Part shown: in pieces, positions 35,599-47,881 of the stretch
How the letters are laid out: every line of letters begins with the position of its first letter
Position numbering within the stretch: the first letter of the stretch is position 1
Source of the DNA: Centroscyllium fabricii
Lineage: Eukaryota
NCBI GenBank assembly: GCA_051313645.2
Contig: JBNRSN020000002.1
Coordinates: forward strand, 319,858,001-319,922,000
DNA: 64,000 nt
Reading direction: 5' to 3'
Made by a program: the position numbers and the translations under genes
Notes under the pieces: generated by a model
What the model saw: only the letters and a program-made list of their open reading frames with translations
Database searches by the model: none
Told to the model about the DNA's origin: nothing

Positions 35599-38500
35599 GT
35601 CTTGGTTCAGATCGGTCATGGCCCTGTGGGTAGTGGAGCGGGCCCAGGGACCGTGTAGCCTGATCCTGCTCCTATTTCGTGTGTCTAATTCTGTTAGATT
35701 CAGGAGATGGTTCTGTGATAGTAGATTGGTGGTTAGGATCAGATCAGCCATGATCTTATTGAATGGCGGAGCAGGCTCAAAGGGCCGATTGGCCTACTCC
35801 TGCTCCTATTTCTTATGTTCTTAACTCCACTTTCCTGCCTAATCTAGATTCCCCTAGAGTCCAAACATCTATCTACCTCAGCCTTGAATATACTCAAAGA
35901 CTCAGCATTCACAGCCCTCTGGGGCAGAGAATTCCAAAGATTCACAACCCTCTGAGTGAAGATATTCCTCCTCATCTCAGTCTTAAATGGCCAACCCCTT
36001 ATCCTGACTCTGTGCCCCACTAGTTCTAGATACCCCAGCCAGGGAAAACAACCTCTCAGCATATACCCTGTCAATCCCCTTCAGAATCCTATATTTTTCA
36101 ATGAGATCACCTCTCATTCTTCTAAACTTCAGCGAGTATAGGGCCAATCTACTCAATCTCTCCTCATAGGACAGCCCTCTCATCCCAGAAATCAATCTAC
36201 TGAACCTTTGTTGCACCTCCTCCAAAGCAAGTATGTCCTTCCTCAGATAAGTAGACCAAAACTATGTACAGTACTCCAGGTGTGGTCTCACCAACGCCCT
36301 GTACAATTGTAGTAAGACTTCCTTACTCTTGTACTCCAACCCCCTTGCAATAAAGCCAACATGGCATTTGCCTTCCTAATTGCTTGCTGTACCTGTATGC
36401 TAACTTTCCATGTTTCCTGTATGAGGACACCTAAATCTCCTTGGACATCAACATTTAATAGTTTCTTACCATTTAAAAAATATTCTGTTTTTCTGTTCTT
36501 CCTACCAAAGTGAATAACCTCACATCTCCCCACATTATACTCTATCTGCCACCTTATTGCCCACTCACTTAACCTGCCTATATCCCTTTGCAGGCTCTTT
36601 GTGTCCTCCTCACAGCTTACTGTCCCACCTTCTCAATCTCTGTCTCATTAGCAAACGTGGATACATTGCACTTGGTCCCTTCATCTTTGTCATTAATATA
36701 GATTGTAAATAGCTGAGGCACCAACACTGATCCTTGTGGCACCCAGCTAGTTACAGCCTCCCAACCAGAACATTACCCATTTATCCCTACTCTCTGTTTT
36801 CTGTCTGTTAACCAATCCTCTATCTATGCTAATAGATTACTCCCAACCCCATGAGCCCTTATCTTGCATAACTACCTTTTATGTGGCACCTTATCGAATG
36901 TCTTTTGGAAATCCAAATATACTACATCCACTGGTTCCCCATTATCTACCCTGTTAGTTACATCTTCAAAAAACTCCAGCAAATTTGTTAAACATGATTT
37001 CCCTTTCAGAAAACCATGCTGACACTGCCTAATCATATTATAATTTTCTAAGTGCCCTGTTACCACTTCCTTGATAATGAATTCCTGCATTTTCCCGATG
37101 ACTGATGTCAGGCTAACTGGCCTGTAGTTCCGTTTTCTCTCTCACCACTTTCTTGAATAGCGGAGTTACATTTTCTACCTTCCAATCCACTGGGACCGTT
37201 CTAGAATCATGGTAATTTTGGAAGATCACAACCTATGCATCCACTATCTCTGCAGCCACCTATTTTAGAACCCTAGGATGTAGGCCATCAGGCCATGGGG
37301 ATTTCTTAGCTTTTAGTCTCATTAGTTTCTCAAGTACTTTTTCTCTACTGATATTAATTTCTTTAACTTCCTTACTCTTATTAGTCCCTCGGTTCCCCAC
37401 TATTTTTGGTATGCTTTTTGTGGCTTCTACTGTGAAAATGGATACAAAATATTTGTTTAAAGTTTCTGCCATTTCCTTATCCCCCATTATAATTTCACCT
37501 CTCTCAGCCTCTAAGGGACCAATGTTTATTTTTGCTAATCCTTCCTTTTTACATTTTAGAAGCTCTTACAATCTTCCTTAAACTTCTTCTGGCACTGGAT
37601 CCATGTCCTGGGGGAAAAACTGGCGGTACTGACGGCTTCAGCGATCCCCTCCCACTGCCTTCAGACAGTGTATCTGGAAAGCCTCCTGCACCCCCCTCTA
37701 GGTAGAGGATCTGTCTCCTCCTGTAGACCGCTTGCACCAAGACCTCCAGTGCTGCATCGGAGAAGCGAGGTGCCCTTTCTCTCCCCTGTTGAGAGTTTGC
37801 TCTAGCTCCAGTCACAATGAGGTACATCTGTAACAAAGCACCTCCCCTTTAAAAAGTGCAGACAGCCTTTCACTCTGCAGGCAACCTTTAAATAGAAAGC
37901 AGACTCCTCACGATATTGGGCTCCCTCTTGAGCGTGAGCCAACTAGATGCGCATTTAGCACTGGGCTCAACGCTGCAATCATGGTAATGAGCACGCACCA
38001 TGAATTTCGCGTGCTGTCTGCACTACTTTCAGTGAGCGCAGGCAGATCGCGCATCACGATCCCTGTGCCCATTTTCAATCTTATCCAATTTAGGTCTACA
38101 GCACAGAAACAGGCCTTTTAGCCCAACTGGCCTGTGCTAGTGTTTATGCTCCACACGAGTCTGCTCCCTCCCCTCTTCATCTAACTCAATCAGTATATCC
38201 TTCCATCCTTCTATTTCTTTCTCCCTCATGTGTTTATCTAGCTTCCCCTTAAATGCATCCATGCTATTTGCCTCAACTACTCCTTGTGATAGAGAGTTCC
38301 ACATTCTTGCCACTCTTTGGATGAAGACATTTTCCCTGAATTCCCTATTGGAGTTATTGGTGACTATCTTATATTTATGGCCCCTAGTTTTGATCTCCTC
38401 CACAAGTGGAAACATCTTCTCTATGTCTACCCTATAAAACTCTTTTATAATTTTAAAGACCTCTATTAAGTCACCCTCATAGCTGAAGTCATGCTTCAGC

Positions 38501-38702
38501 TATACAAAGCCCTAGTTGGACCATACCTGGAGTACTGTGTACAGTTCTGGGCACCACTCCTTAGGAAGGATATATTGGCCTTGGAGGGGGTGCAGTGTAG
38601 GTTTACCAGAAAGACTCCAAGGGTTAAGTTATGAGGAGAGATTACACAAACGAGGGTTGTATTCCCTGGAATTTAGAAGGTTAAGGTGTGATTTGATCGA
38701 AG

Positions 38703-38981
38703 TGATACCTTATCAATAACCTCGGAGACGAGAAGTTATGGAGTGAATAAAAGGCTTTTATTCGCTAAGACATGAGCATGCCCTAGCTAGTCGACTGCTC
38801 CCGGAATGATTGGAGGGAGGGAGACAGTCACCTATATACCTGGGTCCGGGGAGGAGGAGCCACAGGCGGAGTCAGCACGGGCATGCCCAGACAAGCTATA
38901 CATGAAGAACTATGTACATACAGTGAAGGTCATACACGCAATGCTAACGGGTACAGATATATATTACAGTGGTTTACCACA
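38703..38981 (-). mobile_element. Solo LTR (279 bp)
   Basis: TG..CA ends; 5-bp TSD CGAAG (38698-38702/38982-38986) interrupting CR1 DLIEVFKI; TATA then AATAAA in order on the minus strand. Confidence 0.88.
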
Positions 38982-39765
38982 CGAAGTTTTCAAGATATTA
39001 AGGGGAACAGATAGGGTAAATGGAGAAAAATTATTTCTGCCGGTTGGTGAGTCTCGGACTAGGGGGTATAGTCTAAAAGTTAGAGCCAGACCTTCCAGGA
39101 ATAAAATTAGGAAACACTTCGACACACAAACTGTGGTAGAAGTTTGGAACTCCCTTCCTCAAACAGCGATTGATGCTAGGTCAATTGTTAATTTAAAATC
39201 TGAAATTGCTAGATTTTTGTCAACCAAAGGATATGGGGCAGAGGCGGGAATATGGAGTTTGACTGCAGATCAGCCATGATCTCATTGAATGGTGGAACAG
39301 GCGTGAGGGGCTCAATGGCCTACTCCTGTTTCTGTGTTCCCTCCACCTTCTCTTTTCTAGAGAAAAGAGCCCCAGCCTGTTCAACTTGTCCTGATAAGTA
39401 TATCCTATCAGTTCTGGTATTATCTTTGTGAATCTCCAGTGCTTCCATATCTTTTTTATAATATGGAGACCAGAACTGTGCACAGTACTCCAAGTGTGGT
39501 CTAACCAAGGTTCTATATTAGTTTAACATAACTTCTCTGCTTTTCAATTCTATCAGTCTAGAAATTAACCCCAGTGCTTTGTTTGCTTCTTATGGCCTTC
39601 TTAACCTGCATCTCTACTTTTAGTGATTTAACTGTACCCCTAGATCCCTTTGCTCCTCTATCCTATTCAGTCTCTTATTATCCAAGCAGTCTGTCATCTC
39701 CTTATTCTTCCTACCAAAATGTAGCACCTCACATTTATCTCCTTCTTCTTCTTAGCCAGTCCCTT

Positions 39766-40085
39766 GGACATTACGGTGGCATAGTGGTTAGCACTGTTGC
39801 CTCACAGCGCCAGGGGCCCGGGTTCAAATCCGGCCTCGGGTGACTATCTGTGTGGAGTTTGCACATTCTCCCCGTGTCTGCGTGGGTTTCCTCCGGGTGC
39901 TCCGGTTTCCTCCCACAGTCCAAAGATGTGCGGGTTAGGTTGATTGGCCGTGATAAATTGACCCTTAGTGTAAGGGGGATTAAATATGTGGGGTTGCGGG
40001 GATAGGGTGGGATATGTGTTGGTGCAGGCTCGATGGGCCGAAATGGCCTCTATCTGCACTGTAGGGATTCTATGATTCTATGATT
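39766..40085 (+). mobile_element. HE1-type V-SINE with short tail
   Basis: A/B boxes, V-domain, tail GGCTCGATGGGCCGAAATGGCCTC..CTGCACTGTAGGGATTCTATGATTCTATG. Confidence 0.9.
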
Positions 40086-40415
40086 TATCTATACTGAAAT
40101 TCATTTGACAATTACACAGCCATTCTGCAAGTTGATTAATGTCTTCTTGTATTTTGTTGCAGTCTTTTTCAGCATTAACTATACCCACCCCCCCAATTTG
40201 GTGTAATCCACAAATTTTGTAACTGTACTTCCGATTCCCAAGTCCAAATTGTGAACAACAGTGATCATGATCCTTGTGGAACACCACTTCCCACCTTTTG
40301 CCAGTCTGATTAGCTACCATTAACCCTTAAACTCTGTTTTGCATGCGGAGTGCCATGTGCACTCCCTAACAGTAACTATTAGAATAATTCCAACGTGTCT
40401 CCAATCAAACAAAAC

Positions 40416-43400
40416 GGGCAAGAAATTCATTATTGTCCAGGAATGGGTGCTAACTTTGGAAAAGTTTGAGGTTTAGCATCAGCCACTAATGAATCTCGCT
40501 GCACACAAAATTCTGTGTAATCACTCAAAGAAAGGAGCGGAACGCTAAATCAAGCGCTAACGGCCTAGCTCAGTGGCATTAGACCCAAAGCGCTAACCAA
40601 TAGTAGATGCAGTCTAATCGCAAGCCATCATTGCCACAGGCTTTTTCCAGTTCTTAAAGGGGAGGTTCATTCATGCTGCAGAACCTCATTCTCAGCATTG
40701 CTGCCTATGAACCGGTGTCAGCAAGCAGGAGCAGGCCAAGTCCAACGAGCCGGGCGACTCAACCAGCTTCACTCATGGCAGATCCATGCCCCAGGGAAGG
40801 AGCCTGGAGATTTTCAGACCAAGCACTGGAGGAGTTGGTAGAGAGATGGAAGGCGGTGCTCTGCCCGACAAGTGGCAGGAGGCCCTCAACGCAAGTCTTC
40901 CGCACCATGTGGAGGGAGGTAGCCCATCAGGTCTCGGGCAGCACAAAGGTCCCCAGGACCAACACAGAGTGAAGGAAGAAATTTAACGACCTCACTCGGG
41001 TGGTCAGGGTGAGTCAGTGACTCAACAAATGCTACATACCACCATCTGAACCACATTCTGCATACACTGGCCAAAGCACCACTCTCCCAGCACTCACCCA
41101 CCAACAATCTCTGCCTACCAACACTCACACCCACATCTCACACCTTGCGCACAATTGCAGCTATTCAACTATTGCAGGCACATCACCCAAACATATTGCT
41201 CCACACTCTCACTTTCCTTTCTCTTGCAGGCCAAAGTGGCTCACAACAGGAGGGAGCAGGAACGCACAGGCAGGGAACAAGCTGACATCCAACCACTGTC
41301 TGCGCTGGAAAAGAGAGTGCTGGAGATTATTTGGCACCAGGTGGTGGTTGCCGTGGCCACCGGCGACACTGACCCCCTTGGGAGCAACAATGGCATGTTC
41401 ATCCCTACTCCTTTTCACATCCCACTTCCCCCTCACCCCACAAGCCTTTTGCACTTTCCAGCTAATCATGCTGCATACATGCATTTCTCCCTTCCTGCTC
41501 CCCTCCCCTTAACCTGTTTCTTGTGCCTTTATGCTTTCAGATAATGCACCTGAGCAGCCTGTCCCTGGGGGTACCATAGAGAGCGAGGCGGGAGAAGAGG
41601 AGGAGGAAGAACACACCACGTCACTGCATGTCACACCCGCAGACACCAGCTCAGATACTGGCTCTACATGTTCTTTAGAGGCTAGTATAATAGCGGGATC
41701 TGCACAGGGTGATGCACCAGGGACGAGTAGGCTGCAGCAAGGCCAGGGGGAAAGGTTAGCTCAGGGGACAGCTTCCTAAAGAGCAAGTTTGCATGCGAGT
41801 TCTGCTGCACAGGACTCAGATAGGGAGGGGTTTAGAAGAAGGGTGATGGGCATGGACACGGAGATGATAGGTGCAATGGCAAGGGTGCCCGAGAGCCTGT
41901 CAGCAATGGTAAGGAGCGTGGAGGAGTCCGCCTCCAACATTGAACAGAGCTCTGCGCACACCATGGAGCCCATTATTTCCAGTCTGCATAGGATGGTAGA
42001 CTCCCAGAGAGACCATGGTGATCCAGACCTGATGCTGTGTGTGATGGGCGATCTGGCAGCTTCCATTGCAGCACAGGCAGAAGCGACACAATGACTTAGT
42101 GCTGTAATGCAGTCTATGGTTGGTGCCATCCAATCTCAGACTGCTCTCATGCAGTTTCATTTTGATGTCATGCAAGCAAGCACCGACTGCTGCCATCATG
42201 GCAGGGTCTACCACCGTCGACTGGGGCTTTCACGGTGTTGCAGCAGGCCAGCAATCTATGCTCCAACAGATTGCTAGGGATGCTGAGGTGCTGCCCCGGG
42301 GGAGTGGCAGTGGGTCAGTGGAGCAGGAACCTACTGTCCTCTCTCACAATGATAGCATTCCTGCTCCAACTGCTGCCACTCCACCATTGCTTTTGTCACT
42401 GCCTGTCATCCAGCCATCCCAGACTGCTGCCGCTCATGCTATGGTGGTGCAGTCTACAGCCGGGCCTTCCAGGCCCAGAGCTGGTCGAGGGCATCCTGCA
42501 AGGCCATCTTAAGTCTCCCACACAGGCACTCAGCAGCTTTCCACCATGCTGCAGCCACTGGGCCAACACTTCATAGGAGCACTAGAGTAGGCAAAGGCAT
42601 AGTAACGCAAGGCACTAAGGGTGAATAGTAAATATTGTTGTTATAAAGATTATTGATAAATTTATTTATTCACTTCGGATAATTTTGTACTGTCTCTCAT
42701 TTCAGCTGTGCACTGTGATATGGCCTGCGACAGGGATGGAATGATGGGGATGTGGTGAGCAACGGGGATCTGGGGTTTGATTTATTGGCACTGCAGTCTG
42801 ATGCGGTTCCAATTAATGCCGATTGATGATCGAGATCTGGTTGCAGGAGGTGGCAGAGTTCTGTGACCACCTTCTTGCCTCAGAGGGTGAGGCCTCCTGT
42901 TGAGAGCACCCTCTGGCCACATATTCCAATCTTTCTCACTGCCTGTGCTCCCTCTGCAGTAGGTCCTGGAGGGTGAGGTCGACTGCCAGTACAGCTCCCA
43001 TTAATGTAAAGAAGTCCAGCACTTTGATATTTTGTGAGAATAAATTAAACTAATTTTTAGTAGCCACAACACTCCTGATACTAAACAACCTTTGAATGAC
43101 TGATTTAAACTGTTCCACAATGTGAAACTGACAAAGAAGTAGTGAAAGAGCGCTAACTGAGAGCTGCGACTCATTACTAATGATCCCTTCAAGCAGCGCC
43201 CCTGGAGACGGCTACCGACTGCTTCACGCCTCCTCTCCCTGTTGCTGCCGGGGTGAGGTGCTAAGGCAGGGGGCAATACTCAATTTGGCAGATAGGGCGC
43301 CCAGTGAGCATTGCACGCTCATTGATGTCATGATCTGCCTGGTGCTGAAGTCCCCGGTGCTAACTTGTAGCAGTGGCGCTATGCGGGGGGCTGAATTTGG

Positions 43401-43505
43401 CATGCAGCGCTGGATTCACCTCGCCGCTGCGCTACTGCCTCAGCGCCCTGTTATCGCCCCCACCAGGCGCTAACTGGAGGCGCTAACCTACTGAATTTCT
43501 CCCCC
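40416..43505 (+). mobile_element. Internally deleted PIF/Harbinger transposon retaining a spliced Myb/SANT-like (NAIF1-like) gene relic
   Basis: TIRs GGGCAAGAAATTCA / TGAATTTCTCCCCC; TSD AAC. RFSDQALEELV..WREVA..RKKFNDLTRVVR|gtgagt, then ag|AKVAHNRREQERTG. Confidence 0.85.
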
Positions 43506-44321
43506 AACATTCCTTAACTGGTTCTATAATGGCAACACTGCACCTAGGTAACCTTGTTTCACTGCTTAGCACCTTCCCTCATTAAAGGATTAAACTGTCA
43601 GCAGAGAGGACAATCATTCATGTGTACCTGGTCATGTGCTTGTCATTCAGATCAATTCTGTCGTCTTACTTGAGCAGATTTCTTTAGGTATGTCATCTTG
43701 GACACTATGAGGGATAACTTATCTCTGGAGCGTAAAACTAAAGTCAATGGAAAGGAAACTTGGGCGGTTTCTATAGCGGGCGCCTGACCTGCATGGTTTT
43801 ACACTCCAGCAGTAAGTTGACAATTACTCCCTGCATTCACCCTTTCTGCCACCTTGTCCCATGCCTGTTGCGCTAACCATTTCAGCGGGGAGGGGATCTA
43901 ACTGTCATTCCCCTACAGTCTGCTTGTCCTCTCCCTGACTTTCCAGTCAGGTTTCCAGCACCCGGTCAGTAAACCTGGCTTTCTTCACTCAATGCTCCAT
44001 TCTTCACCAGTATTGCTCAGTGGACGGCTGCCCTGGCTGCCCTAGCAGCATTTCAGCAGTTAAAATGGCTCATAATTGCAGGTCTCAACTGATTGTCAGT
44101 GTTATTGATTCTGCCCCTTCACTATGTGGCCACTAAAGCATTGCTCTAGAAAACAGTAAAACCGGGGATTAATCAGCATGCTTAGCAACTCTCAAAAAAA
44201 TAAGGTAACTTATCACAGCAATTTCTAGATATACGTATGCTCGGCTCATTGGTTTCATTCCATAATTCAGAAAAACTTGTACTTAATCTTGTAGAAGCAT
44301 CAACAGTCAAAAATACTTTAC

Positions 44322-44417
44322 CATATCCATCTGAGGGTCGTCCTTAAATCGGTTGTAATCCTCATCACTCATTGAAACCAGCACATCAGCCAAAATGCCC
44401 AGTGAAGTGGAAATTCC
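44322..44417 (-). CDS. ALPK1: ALPK1 internal exon (96 nt): [32 protein letters not shown]
   Basis: Matches recalled human [32 protein letters not shown]; cag acceptor, gtaaag donor; phase 0/0. Confidence 0.94.
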
Positions 44418-44442
44418 CTGTAATTACAAATAACTTAACATA

Positions 44443-44825
44443 CAGGAAACTCTCTTTTAACCAGCACCTAAATAACTGCAAATCTCTTAATCAGCAAAAT
44501 TCAGGAGTAGGTTCAGGTAAGTTTTACTGTATATTAGTGGCCGTGTAACCGGGGTTCCTGGATCTGTGGCTGTGTAACCGGGGTTCCTGCACCTGTTGTC
44601 GTGCAACAGGGACTCCTGGATCTGTGGCCGTGCAACTGGGGTTCCTGCACCTGTGGCCGTGTAACCAGGGTTCCTGGATCTGTGGCCGTGCAACCGGGAC
44701 TCCTGCACCTGAGGCCGTGTACGGGGCTCTCGTACCTTAGTAAGTATACCTCTCTGTAATCCGGACCTTTTGATCAACCGGCACCACACCGGTCCCGTTG
44801 GTGCCGGATACAAATGAGGTTCCTG
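44443..44825. mobile_element. Tigger-like MITE with internal 29-30 bp minisatellite (~44537-44720)
   Basis: TA|CAGGAAACTC ... GAGGTTCCTG|TA; about 6.5 copies of GTGGCCGTGTAACCGGGGTTCCTG(GATCT/CACCT). Confidence 0.75.
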
Positions 44826-45319
44826 TACATTGGTTTTAACTCCAATTAATAGCAGAAATGTCATCCTTGCTCATTTACGTTTTTTTTAAGTACATCCATA
44901 TCTTCTACCATTTTGTGCTCACACCAATAGCTATGTCTCAGCACAACTTCAATTTACACAGATCCTGGCAACATATTGGCTGTTTTAATTATAGGTAAAG
45001 GATGGAGGATAGATCTCTCGCACCAAAGAGTACAGGGAGAACCTGCTTTTCATTCAATCATGACCTGTAACCTTTAACACTACAAGGACTCATGTTCATA
45101 AAGATTTGTCAGAAAAAATAAATTACATCATTGTATCTCACTTAAAATATGTTCTCTGTCATTTCCATTCCCAACAAAAATGATCAAACCAGTCACCAGT
45201 TTTTCTGTTGTAACTAAATATACAAAATTATTCAGCAAATTTGAGCATCCTGATGATAAATCGATGTGAAGTAATTAAGGAATGTGTCCTTAACTCAATT
45301 GACAACTTCTTGGAGGAGA

Positions 45320-45840
45320 CCATAAGAACATAAGAAATAGGAACAGGAGTTGGCCAATCGGCCCCTTGAGCCTGCTCCGCCATTCAACAAGATCATGGCT
45401 GATCTGATCCTAACCTCAATTTTATTTTCACTCTCCATCCCACCCAAACCCATGTGATCACCCGAGAGAGGCGAAAAACCAGATAAAAAACCCAGTGGCC
45501 AATTTGGGAGAAAAAATCTGGGAAATTCCTCTCCGACCCATCTAGGCGATCGAAAACTGGTCCAGGAGATCACATGGCCGATCTGAACCTAGCCTCACGT
45601 CCACTTACCTGCCCGCTCACCATAACCCCTAATTCCCTTTACTTCCAGGAAACTCTATCTCTGTTTTAAATTTATTCAACGTAGTAGCTTCCACAGCTCT
45701 CTGGTGCAGCAAATTCCACAGCCCCACCCCCCTCTGAGTGAAGAAGTTTCTCCTCATCTCAGTTTTGAAATGGCAGCCCCTTATTTTAAGATTATGCCCC
45801 CTAGTCCTAGTTTCACCCACCATTGGGAACATCCTGCCGG
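45320..45840 (-). mobile_element. CR1 3' fragment with a structured 3'UTR cassette
   Basis: MFPMVGETRTRGHNLKIRG..FFTQRGVGLWN; tail TTCTTATGTTCTTATG. Confidence 0.9.
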
Positions 45841-46363
45841 GCAGCCAGGGCCCCTGCCTGTTTCAGGCGGTAGTTTTTTTTAATATACAAATTGTGGTCC
45901 GATGCCATACATAGGACCTGATTGCCATTTTGAGAGACAACTGCCCATGGTGCCACCTCTGCCAGGTAGGACCAAAAAAGATTAAGTTTACAATTATTTT
46001 TGTGGGACCAGAAGAGCAGGAGTGTTTACCTGGGCTCCACATGATTACTGTAGGTCACAGGTAACTGTCTCCCTGGGCTGTCCTCACTGTGGTCGCCAAC
46101 CTCCCATTGGACCGACATTGCTGCCAACTGCTTTGGCCTCCAGCCCGCTCAATTTTACGGCGTCCTGGAGCCGGCGAGTTTCAGTCGGGCATCTACTTGA
46201 CATGCGCGGTTCACCAGTAACATGGACTGCGTCTTCTACCAGCACTACTGGGCAGCAGGCTGGCTGGTATATCACCTGACATGCTCCACTGGTTGGCTGC
46301 ACGATAATTAAATTCTACCGTATCTCAATATGTTCCTATTAGGCAATAATGATGACGTTTTCT

Positions 46364-47006
46364 GGGCGGCACGGTGGCACAGTGGTTAGCACTGTTGCCT
46401 TACAGCACTGGAGACCCGGGTTCAAATCCGGCCTCGGGTACTATCTGTGTGGAGTTTGCACATTCTCCCCGTGTCTGCGTGGGTTTCCTCCGGGTGCTCC
46501 GGTTTCCTCCCACAGTCCAAAGATGTGCGGGTTAGGTTGATTGGCCATGATAAATTGACCCTTAGTGTTAGGATGATTGAATGTGTGGGGTTACGGGGAT
46601 AGGGTGGGATATGTGTTGGTGCAGGCTCGATAGGGATCGAGGGATATGGGGAGAGGGCAGGGGCGGGGTACTGGGTTTGGATGATCAGCCATGATCTCAT
46701 TGAATGGCGGAGCAGGCTCGAAGGGCTGAATGGCCTACTCCTGCTTCTAGTTTCTATGTTTCTATGTGCGGGTTAGGTTGATTGGCCAGGATAAATTGAC
46801 CCTTAGTGTTAGGGGGATTGAATATGTGGGGTTACAGGGATAGGGTGGGATATGTGTCGGTGCAGGCTCGATAGGGATCGAGGGATATGGGGACAAGGCA
46901 GGGACAGGGTACTGGGGTTGGATGATCAGCCATGATCTCATTGAATGGCGGAGCAGGCTCAAAGGGCCGAATGGCCTACTCCTGCTCCTATCTTCTATGT
47001 TTCTAT
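46364..47006 (+). mobile_element. HE1-type V-SINE with long CR1 tail plus a second truncated monomer
   Basis: GGGCGGCACGGTGGCACAGTGGTTAGC..GGTTCAAATCC, V-domain; second unit starts ~46766. Confidence 0.92.
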
Positions 47007-47757
47007 AGTAGAACTTTAGTACAAAAAACTGGCATGAGGTGAAGCTGTGTCCTTTGTTTGGTATTATGGGAGGTAGAACTGTAGTATTAGGAACCCTACT
47101 ATCAACAGCCTGCACATTTTTTTATTTTTTTTAAAGGGATGAATCCCTTTGCTTCTGCTCAGTTCCCCTTGTGTTCCAGGGCCACAGTCAGAACTGCTCC
47201 CTGACACAGGAATACATGGGACAAAGCTCGGTCTAATTCTCTCAAGGCCCTGAGCAAGACAGCTGGAACTGCCCATTGTGGCTAAAATCCGGTTGGGACC
47301 TTCATCCAGCCGCTCCTGGCAATGCTTATTCACTGGTGCTGTGACGCATTGCTCTGCCATACTGCTCTAAAAATATTTAATAACATTCTCAAATGTGTAA
47401 TTCTCAAAAATACAGATTTAAGAAATAAGTAAGTGGAAGAATGCTTGTGTTACACCATCATTCTACATGTGGTCTGGAAGAGCAGACTACAGTTATATGT
47501 TCCACCTGAAGGCTGACCTTGGTTCCCATGTGTTCAGCGACAGGTGTAATGAGATAGTTTCACTGAATACTTCTCAAGTCAAAATATACAATTAAACTAT
47601 ACCGAGTATAAGTTCACCGTAGCATTTCTTTCAAAACAGAAAATAGCACAGCTCCAATTTTTAAGAAGTGCCATTAAAAAAAGGCACCAGATCCTCTGAA
47701 GGAATAAGTAATGCTCTTTTCTAATGTATTTTACTTTACTTATAACTATAAGGCTAG

Positions 47758-47881
47758 AGCCCTGAGTTTCTGCGGGGGTTTTTCTGATCTGCCATTGAAA
47801 ACAGCCATTTATACCATTTTTACGTGAGTTCCGCCAAAATTACGGCTGTAGAACGGGATAACCCTGCAGAAATTCAGGGCC
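47758..47881. mobile_element. Small MITE-like inverted repeat
   Basis: GCCCTGAGTTTCTGCGGGG / CCCTGCAGAAATTCAGGGC; no clear TSD. Confidence 0.5.

Larger units (their letters stand above)
29281..35822 (+). mobile_element. Full-length CR1 LINE copy 2
   Basis: Two 68-bp 5' monomers, ORF1, ORF2 and 3'UTR collinear with copy 1; TSD/microhomology AAC. Confidence 0.92.
29190..37575 (-). mobile_element. CR1 LINE (host of CR1 copy 2; pieces 29190-29280 and 35823-37575)
   Basis: 3' tail at 29190; RT motifs in ORFs 35844..37487; AAC at both insertion junctions. Confidence 0.85.
27750..37830 (-). pseudogene. Harbinger Myb/SANT-like gene split by nested insertions (pieces ~37580-37830, ~29165-29190, ~28790-28880, ~27750-27960)
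   Basis: RAPRFSDAALEVLV..QCQKKF at 37580-37800 continues as LTRVVK|gtgagt at ~29165-29190; next exon reads YNRHEQEKTGRGQARLQNL. Confidence 0.7.
38090..40340. mobile_element. Cluster of CR1 3' fragments (minus ~38090-38480; plus ~38480-39335; minus ~39340-40340)
   Basis: [30 protein letters not shown] and LYSLEFRRLR motifs. Confidence 0.8.

Noticed and set aside
46364-46435. tRNA gene
   Set aside because: A/B boxes are the head of an HE1-type SINE and continue into the V-domain; the same applies at 39766 and 16193.
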